Under the pieces are notes generated by a model. It was not told the origin of the DNA. It searched no databases and worked only from the letters and a program-made list of their open reading frames with translations. Position numbers and translations under genes: made by a program. Below, in pieces: positions 1-11,601 of a stretch of 64,000 nucleotides of DNA. The stretch spans positions 503,493-567,492 of the forward strand of contig CAVZQN010000008.1 in the NCBI GenBank assembly GCA_963777505.1, given 5' to 3'. Numbering within the stretch: the stretch's first letter is position 1; every line of letters begins with the position of its first letter. Source of the stretch: an uncultured bacterium. Lineage in GTDB: Bacteria; Acidobacteriota; HRBIN11; JAKEFK01.

Positions 1-241
<241 letters not shown>

Positions 242-2220
242 TCAAGCGATGCAGCGGAACAGCAGCGCCGGATCGCGCAGCGGATCGATGCGAAGGTGGA
301 CGCCGCCCCATTCGATCGGACGGCGCTCGCTGGTGATCAGGTTCTCGAGCGCCAATGGCGGGCGACGGCCGTCCGCCGTCTCGGTCTCGATCCCGGCCAG
401 CGGCAGCCAGAATTCCTGCACGTCGCGCGACAGCGCGATCGCCACGACGACGATGTTGTCGGCCTTCGCATCCTGCTTGGCGAAAGCGATGACGTCGCCG
501 TTCTCGACCGGCAGAAAACGCAGGTTGCGCGTCTGCAGCAGCGCGGGGTTGGTCGCGACGCGCCTGGTTCAAGTGCGGTGATGTACGGCTTGATGTTGCC
601 GGGCTTGTTCCAGTCCCGCGTCTTGATCTCGTACTTCTCGGAATTCGAGATACTCTTCGCGGCCGGGAATCGGCTGGTGCTCGAGCAGTTCGAAGCCGTT
701 GTAGATGCCGTAGTTGCTCGACAGCGTCGCGGCGAGCGCGAGGCGCGACTTGAACATCCACGGCTCGCCGCCCTGCAGGTGCCAGGGAAGGATATCCGGC
801 GTGCTGACGAAGAAATTCGGCCGGTAGTAGTCGCGCTCGGGATAGCCGGTCAGTTCGTTCAGGTACGCTTCGATCTCCCACTTCTGGGTTCGCCAGGTGA
901 AGTAGGTGTACGACTGCGTGAAGCCGAGCTTCGCCAGGCCCTTCATCAGCTTCGGCCGCGTGAAGGCTTCGGCGAGGAAGATCACGCCGGGATCGCGCGA
1001 CTGCACCTCGTGAATCAGCCACTCCCAGAAATTGAACGGCTTGGTGTGCGGGTTGTCGATGCGGAAGATGCGCACGCCCGTGATCGACCCAGAACAGGAT
1101 GACGTCGCGCAACGCATTCCAGAGCGAGCCGGCGTCGTCGCAGCTGAAATCGGGATTGACGATGTCCTCGTACTTCTTCGGCGGGTTCTCCGCATAGCGC
1201 ATCGAACCGTCGGGGCGGCGCTTGAACCACTCCGGATGCTCGCGCAGCCAGGGATGATCGGGCGAGCATTGCACGGCGACGTCGAGCGCGATTTCCAATC
1301 TGGTGCTGCTTGCAGGCTTCGACCAGTGCGCGGAAATCGTCGAGCGTGCCGAGTTCGGGATGCACGGCGGTGTGGCCGCCTGCTGCCGATCCGATCGCAT
1401 AGAAGCTGCCGGGATCGCCGGGCGCGGCCTTGAGCGCGTTGTTGCGGCCCTTGCGGTTGGTGATGCCGATCGGATGGATCGGCGTGAAATAGAGGACGTC
1501 GAAGCCCATGGCCGCGATGTCCGGCAGGCGGTCGATGCAGTCGCGGAATGTGCCGTGCTTGCCGGGGTCGCGCTCTGGCTGCGCGGCACCATTTCGTACC
1601 AGGCGGAGGCGACCGCGCGATCGCGGTCGATCACCAGCGGAAACAGCCGCGACCGGGTCAGGTCCGGCCGCTCCTGGCTCGATGTCAGGGCAGCGGCGAG
1701 GTCATCGGTCAGCAGCGCCTCGACGTTTCCGCTTTGCGAGGTAGCTGTCGAGCTGCTGGCGGATGAACCGCGACGTACCTTCGTCGGCATGGATCGGCAG
1801 CGCCAGCAGCGCGGCGCCTTCCAGTGCGTCGAGGCTGACATCCTGACCGGCCTTCGCCTTGAGTTCGAACCCGTGCTTCCAGGTTGCGAAGGTATCGGTC
1901 CAGGCTTCGATCGCGTACTCGTAGCGGCCGGGCTCGGCAGGGGTGAAGCGCGCGATCCAGCGGTCGTTGTCATTGAGCGTCATCGGCATCCGCAGCCACT
2001 GCGAGGCTTTCTCCTTGCGCCAGACGAGTTGGGCCGCCACCACGTCGTGGCCGCTGCGGTAGATGTCGGCCCAGACCTCGATCGCCTCGCCCGCGACCCG
2101 TTTGACCGGATACCGCCCGCATTCGATGGAAGGGTAGACGTCCTCAATGTGGAAGGCGCCTGCGGTTGCGCCGCGTTCGCCAGGCCGCAAGGCCAAATTC
2201 TTCTGTGCTGACACAGACAT
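242..2220 (-). pseudogene. glgE: alpha-1,4-glucan:maltose-1-phosphate maltosyltransferase GlgE, reading frame broken at least 6 times as assembled
   Basis: GlgE sequence is recovered only by chaining minus-strand ORF fragments 1702..2220, parts of 183..1973, 1015..1509, 569..1195 and 242..445. Recovered motifs: [95 protein letters not shown]. There are no large deletions. Confidence 0.9.
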
Positions 2221-2381
2221 GGACGCTGCCTACGGTGATCTTCCCCGCCATAACAAGGCACGCCGGCAGCAAAAGTTCCAATGGAACAAACGCCGTGTGG
2301 ATCACGTTGAAACTGCTCTGCCAACCATTTTGCCGACAGCGGCCAGCTGCTTCGGCCGCAGCGATATGCCGGGATCACCAA

Positions 2382-4316
2382 TTGGACATTCAAGCCGAAG
2401 CGCACGCAGCCGGTGTCCTGACTGAGTACCACGATGCGCGCGGTCATCATCGGCAGGTGCCGGTCGAGGTGCTTGCACGCGTCATCGCGGCGCTGCCGCG
2501 GGCCCGATGCGGCGGCGCCGATCGTTCTTCGTACCGATCGCGACGATGCGAATTTCTCGCTGGAGTCTTGGCGCCGCACGCGCGATGGCGGTTTCTGGAA
2601 GGACGATCGTTGCATGGTCGCAGGAGGGCGCGGCTCCCATCCGCGGACTGCAGCTCCGGATCGGCGTCTATCGTCTGGAGATCGACCGGAATGACGCGCC
2701 GCGCGTGCCCGAACGATCGTCGTTGCACCGGCAACGGCCTTTCAGGGCGAATTCGACCGGGTCTGGGTGCTGGCCGTCCAGCTTTACAGCCTTCGTTCGG
2801 ACAGCAACTGGGGCATCGGCGATTTCAGCTGACCTGAAACGGCTGATCGAGGTTGTACGTTACCGCTCGGCTGCGCCGGGATCGGGCTCAATCCGCTGCA
2901 TGCGTTGTTCGACGACGAGCCGGCGAATTGCAGTCCGTACGCTCCGAACAGCCGGCTGTTCCTCAATCCGGTCTATATCGACGTCGCGGCCATCCCGGAG
3001 TTTGCCGGCGCCGATCGCGAACTGCGCGAGAGCGTCGATCGGGAAAAAGAGCGTGAACTCATCGACTACGAGGTGGTCTGGCGCAGCAAGCTTCGGGCGC
3101 TGCGGCACGCCTTCGAGAATTTCAAGGCGCACGGTTCGAGCAGAAGGTCCGAGGCGTTCGAAGCCTTTCGGCGGGAGCGTGGTTCTCTGCTCATGCGCTT
3201 CTCCTGCTTCGAAACCCTTCGCAAGCAGTTCAGAAGGCCATGGTGGGAATGGCCGCAGCAGTACCGTCAGCCGGACGATGCTGTCATTCGAAGAGTGCCG
3301 ATCAGGCGACCTTCGCGCGGATATGGAGTTTGTTGAGTACCTGCAGTGGAACGCGCATACGCAATTGCAGGCGTGCACTGATCTCGCCGCAGAAGGCGGA
3401 ATGAAGGTCGGACTCTATCTCGATGTCGCCGTAGGGGTGCGCGCCGACGGCTTCGATGCCTGGCTCGAACAGAACGCAATCTCGCGCGAGCTTTCGGTCG
3501 GCGCGCCGCCCGATCTGCTCAACGTCGCAGGGCAGGATTGGGGGCTGTCGGGGTTTAACGGCTCGGGACTTTCCGCGCGGCGTTTTGAGCCCTTTCGCGC
3601 CATGATCGCAGCATCCGCACGATACGCCGGAGCCATTCGCCTGGACCATGTTCTCGGTCTCGGCCGGCTTTATCTCGTGCCGTCGGGATTTTCACCGAAG
3701 GACGGCGCCTACGTCCAGATGCCGCTGGACGCGCTGCTGGGCGTCACCGCTCTGGAAAGCCGGTCGAGCCGCTGCATCATCGTGGGCGAGGATCTGGGCA
3801 CCGTTCCGGATGGCTTCCGCGAAAAACTGAGTGAGTGGGGCATCTGGTCCTACAAGGTCATGATGTTCGAGCGGGAATGGGACGGCGCTTTCAAGTCCGC
3901 CGGATCAGTATCCGCCGCAATCACTCGTGACGTTCAACACACATGATTTGCCGCCCTATGCGGGGTGGCGCGACGGTCACGATCTCCGCGTCAAACGCGA
4001 AATCGGCGTCGATCCCGGCGAAAGCGATGACGAGCGCCGCCAGGCTATCGGCGCCCTCGCGGCAGCGCTGTCGAAAGGCGGGCTTGAGGGTCGCGACTTC
4101 CCGGCCGTTGTCGAGTCTTTGGGACGGGCAGGGTCGCGCATACTGTCCGTATCACTCGACGACATTGTCGGCGTTGTAGAGCAGATCAACGTTCCCGGCA
4201 CAGTCGATATCCACCCGAACTGGCGGCGCCGGTTGGACAAGCCAATCGCGAGCCTCGATGCGCTTGCGCGTTTGGGCCAGGTCGCCGTGGTGTTGCAACG
4301 CAGGAAGGGTGCTTGA
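2382..4316 (+). pseudogene. malQ: 4-alpha-glucanotransferase (amylomaltase) MalQ, several frame breaks as assembled
   Basis: Fragments 2166..2837 (LDIQAEAHAAGVLTEYHDARGHHRQVPVEVL), 2905..3336 (CSPYAPNSRLFLNPVYIDV), 2507..3946 (EFVEYLQWNAHTQL...IRLDHVLGLGRLYLVP...IVGEDLGTVPDGF) and 3927..4316 (TFNTHDLPPYAGW...PGTVDIHPNWRRRL). The start is uncertain; TTG at 2382 is the first in-frame candidate. Divergent from glgE. Confidence 0.85.
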
Positions 4317-4341
4317 GGCGCAAACGACCGCAAGCGCCCGT

Positions 4342-4491
4342 TTACCGTGACGGTTTTGCGATCCGCTTTGCCAACGTCGCCACCAAAGAGACCATCCCCG
4401 CAAGACCGAGCGCCCCGACAAGCCACTTCCAGCGGCTCGCTGGCGGCGGGTCGTCGATACCAGGGCGGTATTTGATTGGTTTTCGAAGCAT
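4342..4491 (-). CDS. small hypothetical membrane protein (49 aa)
   Basis: Lower part of ORF 4342..4650: MLRKPIKYRPGIDDPPPASRWKWLVGALGLAGMVSLVATLAKRIAKPSR, with one hydrophobic helix. A strong SD (GGAGGGG) precedes the ATG at 4491. No family recognised. Confidence 0.35.
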   Translation of the reverse strand: MLRKPIKYRPGIDDPPPASRWKWLVGALGLAGMVSLVATLAKRIAKPSR

Positions 4492-4871
4492 GATCCCCTC
4501 CATGAGGGGCAATCGTCGATACCTCATTGTGTTCCACAGCTGAGGGAAATGTTTGGCGCTGCTTCGGGTGGTCTCGGCCAGCCGCGGCTGTGCCAATGCG
4601 CGCGTACGGAAAAACTCGTACGCCTGACAAGGGAGCTGGGTGCTATCCAAATGATTATTCGCCCGTCAAAACTGGAGGGTTGAACATGTCATTCGGGCTA
4701 ATCGGAATTCCATTGCCGATCATCTGCTGCTGGCGCTGTTCGGGAACTAGATCCTGCGTCTCGCGGTCACGCCTGAGTTCAAGCGGATGGATCGCCGCGA
4801 ATTGAGATTTGCGCACCCCGTCAGCAATCACGGGGTACTTCACGTTGGGGCTTGCTTGAAACCTTGAAAGG

Positions 4872-7145
4872 CTACTGCCGCGCCAGCTCGATCGCCACGT
4901 CGGCCTTGGCCGTCTCCTTCCGCTCCGCCGACTTCTGCGCCGGCAGGTCGATGACGAGTTCGTGGAGCTTGCCCTGGAAGGCGAACGCGCCCGTGTAATC
5001 GTCGCTGACGCCGATGTGGTCGTCGCGGCCGACATAGAGGTTGCCGCCGGAGTGCCGGCGGATCAGGAACGCGATGTCGACACCCGGGCCGCACGGCTTG
5101 CCGTCGATGAGCACGGTGCCGCGGCCGACGCGGCCGATGCGTTCGATGGTGAAGCCGACGTTGAGCTTGCCGGTTGCCAGGGGCTTTTCCGACACCGACT
5201 TCAGGTGCTGGCCGAACAGGTTGTAGTCGAACACCAGCCGGTTCTTGTGCACATAGAGCGTGAAGCCGCTGCGGTGGTCGCCATAGGCGAACAGGCAGCC
5301 TTCCTGCTCGGTCGATGCGCGTTCGATCGCGGCCGACACGATCAGCGTGCGGTTGCCGAGCTGCGGCGCCGTCGACAGGCGGATTTCCTCGAACGGCGGC
5401 GTGTAGACATAGCGCTTACGGCTGCGCGGGTCGCTCCAGCCGCCGGCCGGACGCCAGAGTTCGGCGCGGCGGTCGTCGAGCGGCAGCACGCCGTTGCGGC
5501 CGGCCTCGATCCACCACAGGTCGATCATCTCGCGCAGTTTCTCGGGGTGCTTCTCGGCGAGGTCGTGACACTCCGAGAAGTCGGTGTCGACGTGATAGAG
5601 TTCCCAGTCGTCGTTATCGAACGAGGTGTCCGGCTCATGGTAGGTCACGGCCTTCCAGCCGTTGGCCCAGATGCCGCGGTGACCGAACATCTCGAAATAC
5701 TGCACCTGCTTGCGCGTCGGCGTCGACGCGGCCTCCGGCGCAAAGGCGTAGAACAGGCTGGTGCCGTGCACCGGCATCTGCGGATGACCGTTGACGATGT
5801 CCGGACGCGACGTGCCGACCGCCTCGAAGATGGTCGGCGCAATGTCGGTGACGTGGTGGAACTGGTGGCGGATGCCGCCCTTGTCGCTGATGCCGGCCGG
5901 CCAGTGCGCGATCAGCGGATCGCGGATGCCGCCACCATGGGTGTTCTGCTTGTAGCGCTTGTTCGGTGTGTTGCCGACCGCAGCCCAGCCCCAGGGATAG
6001 TTGTTGAAGCCTTCCGGCGTGCCGATCTGGTCGATGCGTGCGATCGACTCTTCGATCGGCTCCGGCCGGCCGTTGAAATAGCGCGAGTAGTCGACCATGC
6101 CGGACGCGCCGCCTTCCTGGCTGGCGCCGTTGTCGGACATCAGCAGGAACAGCGTGTTGTCGAGTTCGCCACGGGCGGCGAGGTCATCCATCAGCCGGCC
6201 GATCTGCGCGTCGGTGTGTTCGAGGAAGCCGGCGAAAGCCTCCTGCAGGCGCAGCGCCAGCGTGCGTTCATCCGGCGTGAGTTCGATCCAGGCCTTCACG
6301 CCCGGATTGCGCGGCGCAAGGTCAGTATCCGGCGGGATGATGCCAAGCTGCTTCTGCCGCTCGTACCACTCCTTCCGCACCACATCCCAGCCGGCGTCGA
6401 ACTTGCCGCGGTACTTGTCGATGTATTTCTTCGGCGCCTGATGCGGCGCATGCGTCGCGCCGAACGCGACGTAGAGGAAGAACGGCTTTTCCGGCACGGA
6501 TGCCTTCTGCGCGTGCACCATGCCGATCGCCTGATCGATCAGGTCTTCGCTGAGGTGATAACCCTCATCAGGCGTCTTCGGCGGCTGCACCGGATGATTG
6601 TCGCAGGTCAGATCCGGACGCCACTGGTCGGTCTCGCCTTCGAGGAAGCCGTAGTAGCGGTCGAAGCCGCGTGCGAGCGGCCACTGGTCGAACGGGCCGG
6701 CCGGCGATGTCTGCTCCATCGGGGTGAGGTGCCACTTGCCGACGGCGAAGGTGGAGTAGCCGCCCGGCCGCAGCACTTCGGCAATCGTCGCCGCGCTCTT
6801 CGTCACGGTGCCGGTGCAGTTCGGATAGCCCGTGCTCCAGTTGGCGAGCCCGCGCATGCCGACCGAATGGTGATTGCAGCCGGTCATCAGCGCGGCGCGG
6901 GTCGGTGAGCAGAGCGCGGTGGTGTGGAAATTGGTGAAGCGCAGTCCGTTCGCCGCCAGGCGGTCGATGTTCGGCGTCGAGATCGACGAGCCGTAACAGC
7001 CGAGATGCGCAAAGCCCATGTCGTCGAACAGGACCACCACCACATTCGGCGCGCCCTTGCGCGGCCGCGGCAGGTCCGGCCAGTGCGGCGTGCTCTCGTG
7101 GACGGTGCGGCCGATCTTGCCCTGAAAGCGGGACGTCGATGCCAT
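4872..7145 (-). CDS. arylsulfatase (Cys-type sulfatase family), intact 757 aa
   Basis: Uninterrupted ORF. Sulfatase signature NVVVVLFDDMGF...LCSPTRAALMTG, where the CxPxR site is the formylglycine position. Confidence 0.9.
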   Translation of the reverse strand: MASTSRFQGKIGRTVHESTPHWPDLPRPRKGAPNVVVVLFDDMGFAHLGCYGSSISTPNIDRLAANGLRFTNFHTTALCSPTRAALMTGCNHHSVGMRGLANWSTGYPNCTGTVTKSAATIAEVLRPGGYSTFAVGKWHLTPMEQTSPAGPFDQWPLARGFDRYYGFLEGETDQWRPDLTCDNHPVQPPKTPDEGYHLSEDLIDQAIGMVHAQKASVPEKPFFLYVAFGATHAPHQAPKKYIDKYRGKFDAGWDVVRKEWYERQKQLGIIPPDTDLAPRNPGVKAWIELTPDERTLALRLQEAFAGFLEHTDAQIGRLMDDLAARGELDNTLFLLMSDNGASQEGGASGMVDYSRYFNGRPEPIEESIARIDQIGTPEGFNNYPWGWAAVGNTPNKRYKQNTHGGGIRDPLIAHWPAGISDKGGIRHQFHHVTDIAPTIFEAVGTSRPDIVNGHPQMPVHGTSLFYAFAPEAASTPTRKQVQYFEMFGHRGIWANGWKAVTYHEPDTSFDNDDWELYHVDTDFSECHDLAEKHPEKLREMIDLWWIEAGRNGVLPLDDRRAELWRPAGGWSDPRSRKRYVYTPPFEEIRLSTAPQLGNRTLIVSAAIERASTEQEGCLFAYGDHRSGFTLYVHKNRLVFDYNLFGQHLKSVSEKPLATGKLNVGFTIERIGRVGRGTVLIDGKPCGPGVDIAFLIRRHSGGNLYVGRDDHIGVSDDYTGAFAFQGKLHELVIDLPAQKSAERKETAKADVAIELARQ

Positions 7146-7519
7146 GATGCCTCCCTGAAGTCTTTGTTCTTAGCCTTTTTGCCCGTCCCGGCGAGCGGGC
7201 ACCGGGCCTTTGAAGGATATTGCACAGGCATATGCAGAAAGAAAGCCGGCAGCAAACGACCCGCGGGCTTTGGACTGTCCAAAACCGGCTGATGCTCGTC
7301 CAGCTCGATGTTGCCGTCGGTCGCGACCGCTTTCCAGAGGTCATATTCGGACTTCACCCCGGCGCCGTAACCCATGGGCGAACGGAAGGTAACGATGTGC
7401 ACTAATTGATTGGTGCGCCATGATTTTTTCGGCGCGGTATCGATGCAGGGTTCTCGCTCCCGTATAGTCCCGCCTTCCGGCCCCCAAGGTGCGGCCGAAG
7501 CGGGCGGGAGATTTGCGCG

Positions 7520-8550
7520 GTGCATTTCAGGATTTTACTCACCCACACCCCGCAGTCGCGGCGGCAATATTACGGCGAGCGGGCGTTGCGCGGACTGCAG
7601 CGGCTGGGTGAGGTGTCTTTGCACGAGGCCGATGATGCGCTCGACGTCGCCGGTCTGGTTCGTGCCGCGCGCGATGCCGACGTGATCGTCGCCGATCGAT
7701 TGACGGCGGGACCTGCGGAAGTCTTCGCGCAATTGCCGAAACTCCGCGCCTTCGTCCGCTGCGCGGTCGACATCCGCAACGTCGATGTCGAGGCTGCGTC
7801 CGCCGCCGGCGTGCTGGTGACCCGCGCGGGGCCCGGGTTCACGCAGTCGGTCGCCGAACTCGCGCTCGGATTCATGATCGATCTGTCGCGCGGCATTTCG
7901 CGCGCAACCGCTGGATTATCGTGCCGGGCGTGCGCCCGACGTCATGATGGGACGGCAACTGTCGGGCTCGAGCGTCGGCATCATCGGTTACGGCAGCATC
8001 GGGCGATATCTCGCGAGCATCGTTCAGCCGCTCGGAATGACGGTGCTGGTCACCGATCCGTTCGCCAAGGTCGACGAGTCCGGATATCCGGCACGTGCCG
8101 CTCGACGAACTGCTGCGGCGGGCCGACTACGTGATCTGCCTGGTCGTGGCCAACAAGGACACGGAAAACCTGATCGGCGCCGCGCAGTTTGCATCGATGC
8201 AGCCGCACGCCGTCTTCATCAACCTGTCCCGCGGCGAACTGGTCGACGAGGCGGCGCTTGCCGCAGCCTTGCGCGACAGGCGTATTGCCGGCGCCGCCAT
8301 GGATGTCGGCCGCGCGCGCGACCAGATGCCGAGCGCGGAGCTGGCGCGCATGCCGAACGTGATCGCGACGCCGCATATCGGCGGCCTGACGCCGCCGGCG
8401 ATCGAGTATCAGGCGCTCGAGACGGTGCGGCAGGTGGCGGCGATCATCCAGGGCGAGGCGCCGGCTGGCGCCGTCAACGCGGAACGCTGGACGCGGCGAG
8501 CCGGTCCCGGGCTGATTTGTGCTAAGGGACGGCGCAAGCCGTCGCTTTGA
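7520..8550 (+). pseudogene. D-isomer-specific 2-hydroxyacid dehydrogenase family protein, 2 frame breaks
   Basis: Fragments 7520..8134, 7944..8525 (GSSVGIIGYGSIGR NAD motif) and 8095..8550 (FINLSRGELVDEAAL...NVIATPHIGG). GTG start with a GGGAG SD. Confidence 0.8.
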
Positions 8551-8935
8551 ACCGGAACGATCGATGACATCCGTTGAGCCCGTCTGCCGACAAGCCCCGG
8601 CGCAAATGGGGCTGGATCTTCCTTTTGGCGTTTGTCGTGCAGGCCGCCGTGTTCGTCGTTCTGATCGGCCAGATCGCGCGCCAGATGCCGTCGGCGACAG
8701 TCCTCGTGGAAAATCCGGCAGACGCCGAGCCCGCAGGGCGCGCCTGCGCCGGCTGCAGTTGAGCGCCGGCGGATGCCGAGCGGCTGCGGCTCAAACTTGC
8801 GCTGTTGCTGCTCGCCGCCAGCACCTGTTCGATTGTCACGCTGGCCGGCGCGCTGATCGGGCTGCGCAGGCCCCCGCCGGCGCAACCGGACACGGACGAC
8901 GATCCGCCGCCGGCAGCGAGCCGGAGTGAGCCGCG

Positions 8936-10506
8936 CTAGTACGAATAGTCCAGCGCCTTGTACATGACGTTCTGGTGGATCATGTGCGGCCGCGCGCCCT
9001 TCAGGCGCTTGTTGGTCACCATGTGCAGGCCGACGTTCATCACCGGAATCCAGAGATGATTTTCGCTGATGCGCTTCTGCGCGAGGCCGTAGTACTTCGC
9101 GCGGTCCTTCTCGGTCAGCGCCGAGCGGCCGGCCTTCAGCCATTCGTCGGTCTGCGGATCGTTCCAGAACATCCGGTTCGGCACCGGGATGTTCGATGAA
9201 TCGAAATAGTAGTTCAGAAGATCGCCGGCCGAGAGGTAGGAGTACGTCACGGTCCAGAGTTCGTAGTCGAGTTCGGCCATCTTCGCCGGCGCAATCGTCG
9301 AGTCGAAGCCGATGATGTTCCAGTCGACGCCGATCTGGCGCATGTAGCCCTGGATCGCCTCGGACACGCGCGGACCGTACGAGACCGCGGTGAAGTAGAC
9401 CTTCGGCGCGAGCTTCACGCCGTCCTTGTAGCGGAAGCCGTCGGGGCCCATCTTCCATCCGGCCTCGTCGAGCAGCTTCTTCGCCCGCTCGACGTCCTCC
9501 TTGACGTGCGTCATGCCGTCTTCGTAGTCGAGCGCCGCCGGATCGACGAAGGTGTAGGCGGGGTCGGCGTGGCCCTGCACCGTGCTCTTGACGATGTCGG
9601 CGCGCTTGATGGCGATGCTCATCGCCTCGCGCACGCGCGGATCGGCGACCAGCGGCCGGTTGGTCTTGAAGCCGAAGTAGTTGAGCAGGTGCATCGGTTT
9701 CGCCTGCTGCACCTGCAGCATCGGCGCCTTGCTGACCTGATCGAGGAATTGCAACGGCATGTTGTGGGTGATGTCGAAACTGCCGCTCATCATCGCCGCG
9801 ACGACGGGCAGAGTCCTCGGGCACGATGGTGATGACCATCTTCTCGAATTTGACCGGACCCTTGTTCTTGTACATCGACGGGCCCCACTTGTAGGCGTCG
9901 TGCCGTTTGAGCACCGTCTGCGTGCGCGGCTTGCCAGGACTCGAAACACCACGGACCGGTGCCGTCGATCGCCTGCGTGCCGTAGTCCTTGCCGTGCTTC
10001 TCCACGCTCTCCTGATTGTGGATCGCCATGCTGAAGCTCGAGAAGTTGAGCATCAGGTCGGAGTAGGGCTCGTTCAGCTCGTACTCGACGGTGTAGGGGT
10101 CGGGGGTGCGCAGGTCCTTCACGTTGCCGGCGCGCCATTTCAGCGGCGCCTTGGTGGCCGGATCGAGCAGGCGCTTGAAGCTGTAGACCACGTCGGCGGA
10201 GGTGAACTTCTTGCCGCTAGCAGAACTGCACGTCGTCGCGCAGCTTGAAGGTGTAGGTCTTGCCGTCCTCGCTGATGGTCCAGGATTTGGCGAGATAGGG
10301 AATGACGGTCCGGCCGTCCCAGTCGAGCGCGACCAGCGTGTCGAGGATCATGTTGGTGACGTCGGCGGTCGGCGCCCAGGTGGTGCGATGGCCGTCGAAG
10401 TGCGGCGCGTCGAGCGACTTCATCACCTTCAGCGTCTGCGCCTGCGCGGTCGAAGCCGCACAGGCCAGCATCGCCGTCGCCGCAATCCCTTCGCGATCCC
10501 GCGCAT
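8936..10506 (-). pseudogene. ABC transporter substrate-binding protein, family 5 (peptide/nickel type), about 3 frame breaks
   Basis: Fragments 10217..10471 (signal-peptide end plus TLKVMKSLDAPHFD), 9790..10191 and 8936..10138. ATG at 10506 with an AAGGGAGA SD. The signal peptide itself needs a 1-nt correction. Confidence 0.8.
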
Positions 10507-10958
10507 CGTCGTCTCCCTTTACGTTCTTATTGAATTCTCCGTACTTCCAGGTCGCCAGTTGGACGTCGCATGCGAAACGCGCTGAGGCCCGAAGACCTCG
10601 CGGCAGCGATCATCTCGATGATTTGTATGCGTCTGCGTCAGCCCACTGCGGGCTTTCGGGACCGGTCAGGCAATGGATGTGCTTCCACCCCACGCGTATC
10701 ACTCCCGGAACAGGCGCTGACAAGTCTTGCGCTTCCATGGCCCGTCGCCGAAAGCTTGCAGCCTCACCCCGTTGGCGTCAAGGATGCGATCGCGTTGCGG
10801 TGCCGCAGGCTGTCGCGATCTGACACCTGGAAGCTGGCAGGATCACAGCCGTGCCCTGCGGCGCGACGCTTGGTCTGCTTCCGTACAATGCGCCTGCACT
10901 GTGCTGTGGTGGTGTGGAGTGCGGCGACGCGAGTAGATCGCAGCGCGGCTAAGCCACC

Positions 10959-11435
10959 TCAGCCTTCCGATACGCCTTCGGTGATCTTCGCGAACTGCTC
11001 GTCGTTGTATTCGGTCTGACCGATCAGGACGCTGCAGCCGATGTGCTTGATCACGTAGATGCCGACCGATTCCGACCACCACTGCGCCAGCACGCCCTTG
11101 CGGCGGTGGCCGGCGACCACGAGATCGGCGCCGATTTCCTGGGCGACCGAGACGATCACCTCGCCCGGCCGTCCCCAGCCGAGGCGGAACTCCGGCGAGA
11201 AGCCGATCGCGCGAAGCCGCTGCACGCCTTCGTCCAGCACCGCCTGATAGGCGATCTGTTCTTCGCCGATCACCTGCGCGTAGGCGCCGTCGGCCGTGCC
11301 GAGACTGACCGAGTTGTCGATCACGGCGAGCAGGAACACTTCTGCGTTGCAGCGCAGCGCGAGTGCTGCGCCTTCGCGCAGTGCGCGCCTGCCTTCGGTC
11401 GATCCGTCGTAGGCAAGAAGAATTTTCCGATACAT
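10959..11435 (-). CDS. universal stress protein (UspA family)
   Basis: MYRKILLAYDGSTEGRRAL...DLVVAGHRRKG within ORF 10959..11567. ATG at 11435. Confidence 0.85.
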   Translation of the reverse strand: MYRKILLAYDGSTEGRRALREGAALALRCNAEVFLLAVIDNSVSLGTADGAYAQVIGEEQIAYQAVLDEGVQRLRAIGFSPEFRLGWGRPGEVIVSVAQEIGADLVVAGHRRKGVLAQWWSESVGIYVIKHIGCSVLIGQTEYNDEQFAKITEGVSEG

Positions 11436-11601
11436 GTCGCGCTCCTCCGTCCCTGAAAGGAGATGCAATGTCTTCGGGTTCTTGTTCGTGCGCTCCAGTC
11501 TGAAGCGCGTGGCCCTTCGCTGTCTGTATGACTTTAGGCCATGCGCCGCCGTCCGCAAGACGGGCACGTGCGCATTCTGTCAGCTTTGGTACGGCTGGCG
11601 T

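Noticed and set aside
4655-4840. Small minus-strand ORF downstream of the sulfatase (VKYPVIADGVRKSQFAAIHPLELRRDRETQDLVPEQRQQQMIGNGIPISPNDMFNPPVLTGE)
   Set aside because: It has a GTG start without a convincing SD and no recognisable family. It is the tail of a shadow ORF (4655..5035). It cannot be supported from sequence alone.
4962-6908. Long antisense or alternative-frame ORFs: 4962..6908(+), 8409..9914(-), 15979..17949(-), 19838..20830(-), 29731..31044(-), 47791..49143(-), 61621..62826(+) and similar
   Set aside because: Each overlaps a homology-supported gene on the other strand or frame. Each has low-complexity R/A/G/P-rich composition with no recognisable domain. These are the GC-rich shadow ORFs expected at this base composition.
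8574-8937. Possible ~120-aa two-helix membrane protein (KPRRKWGWIFLLAFVVQAAVFVVLIG... then LRLKLALLLLAASTCSIVTLAGALIGL...)
   Set aside because: It needs a frame change, has no SD or family match, and lies in a convergent spacer. The support is too weak to list as a feature.
10507-10958. 450-bp gene-free spacer upstream of the peptide-type binding-protein gene, examined for a riboswitch or sRNA. Similar spacers are at 7146-7519 and 28343-28654.
   Set aside because: I saw only short hairpins, such as GAGGTC-UUCG-GGCCUC on the minus strand. I found no motif I can match to a known riboswitch class and no terminator-bounded unit. There is nothing I can support without a covariance-model search.
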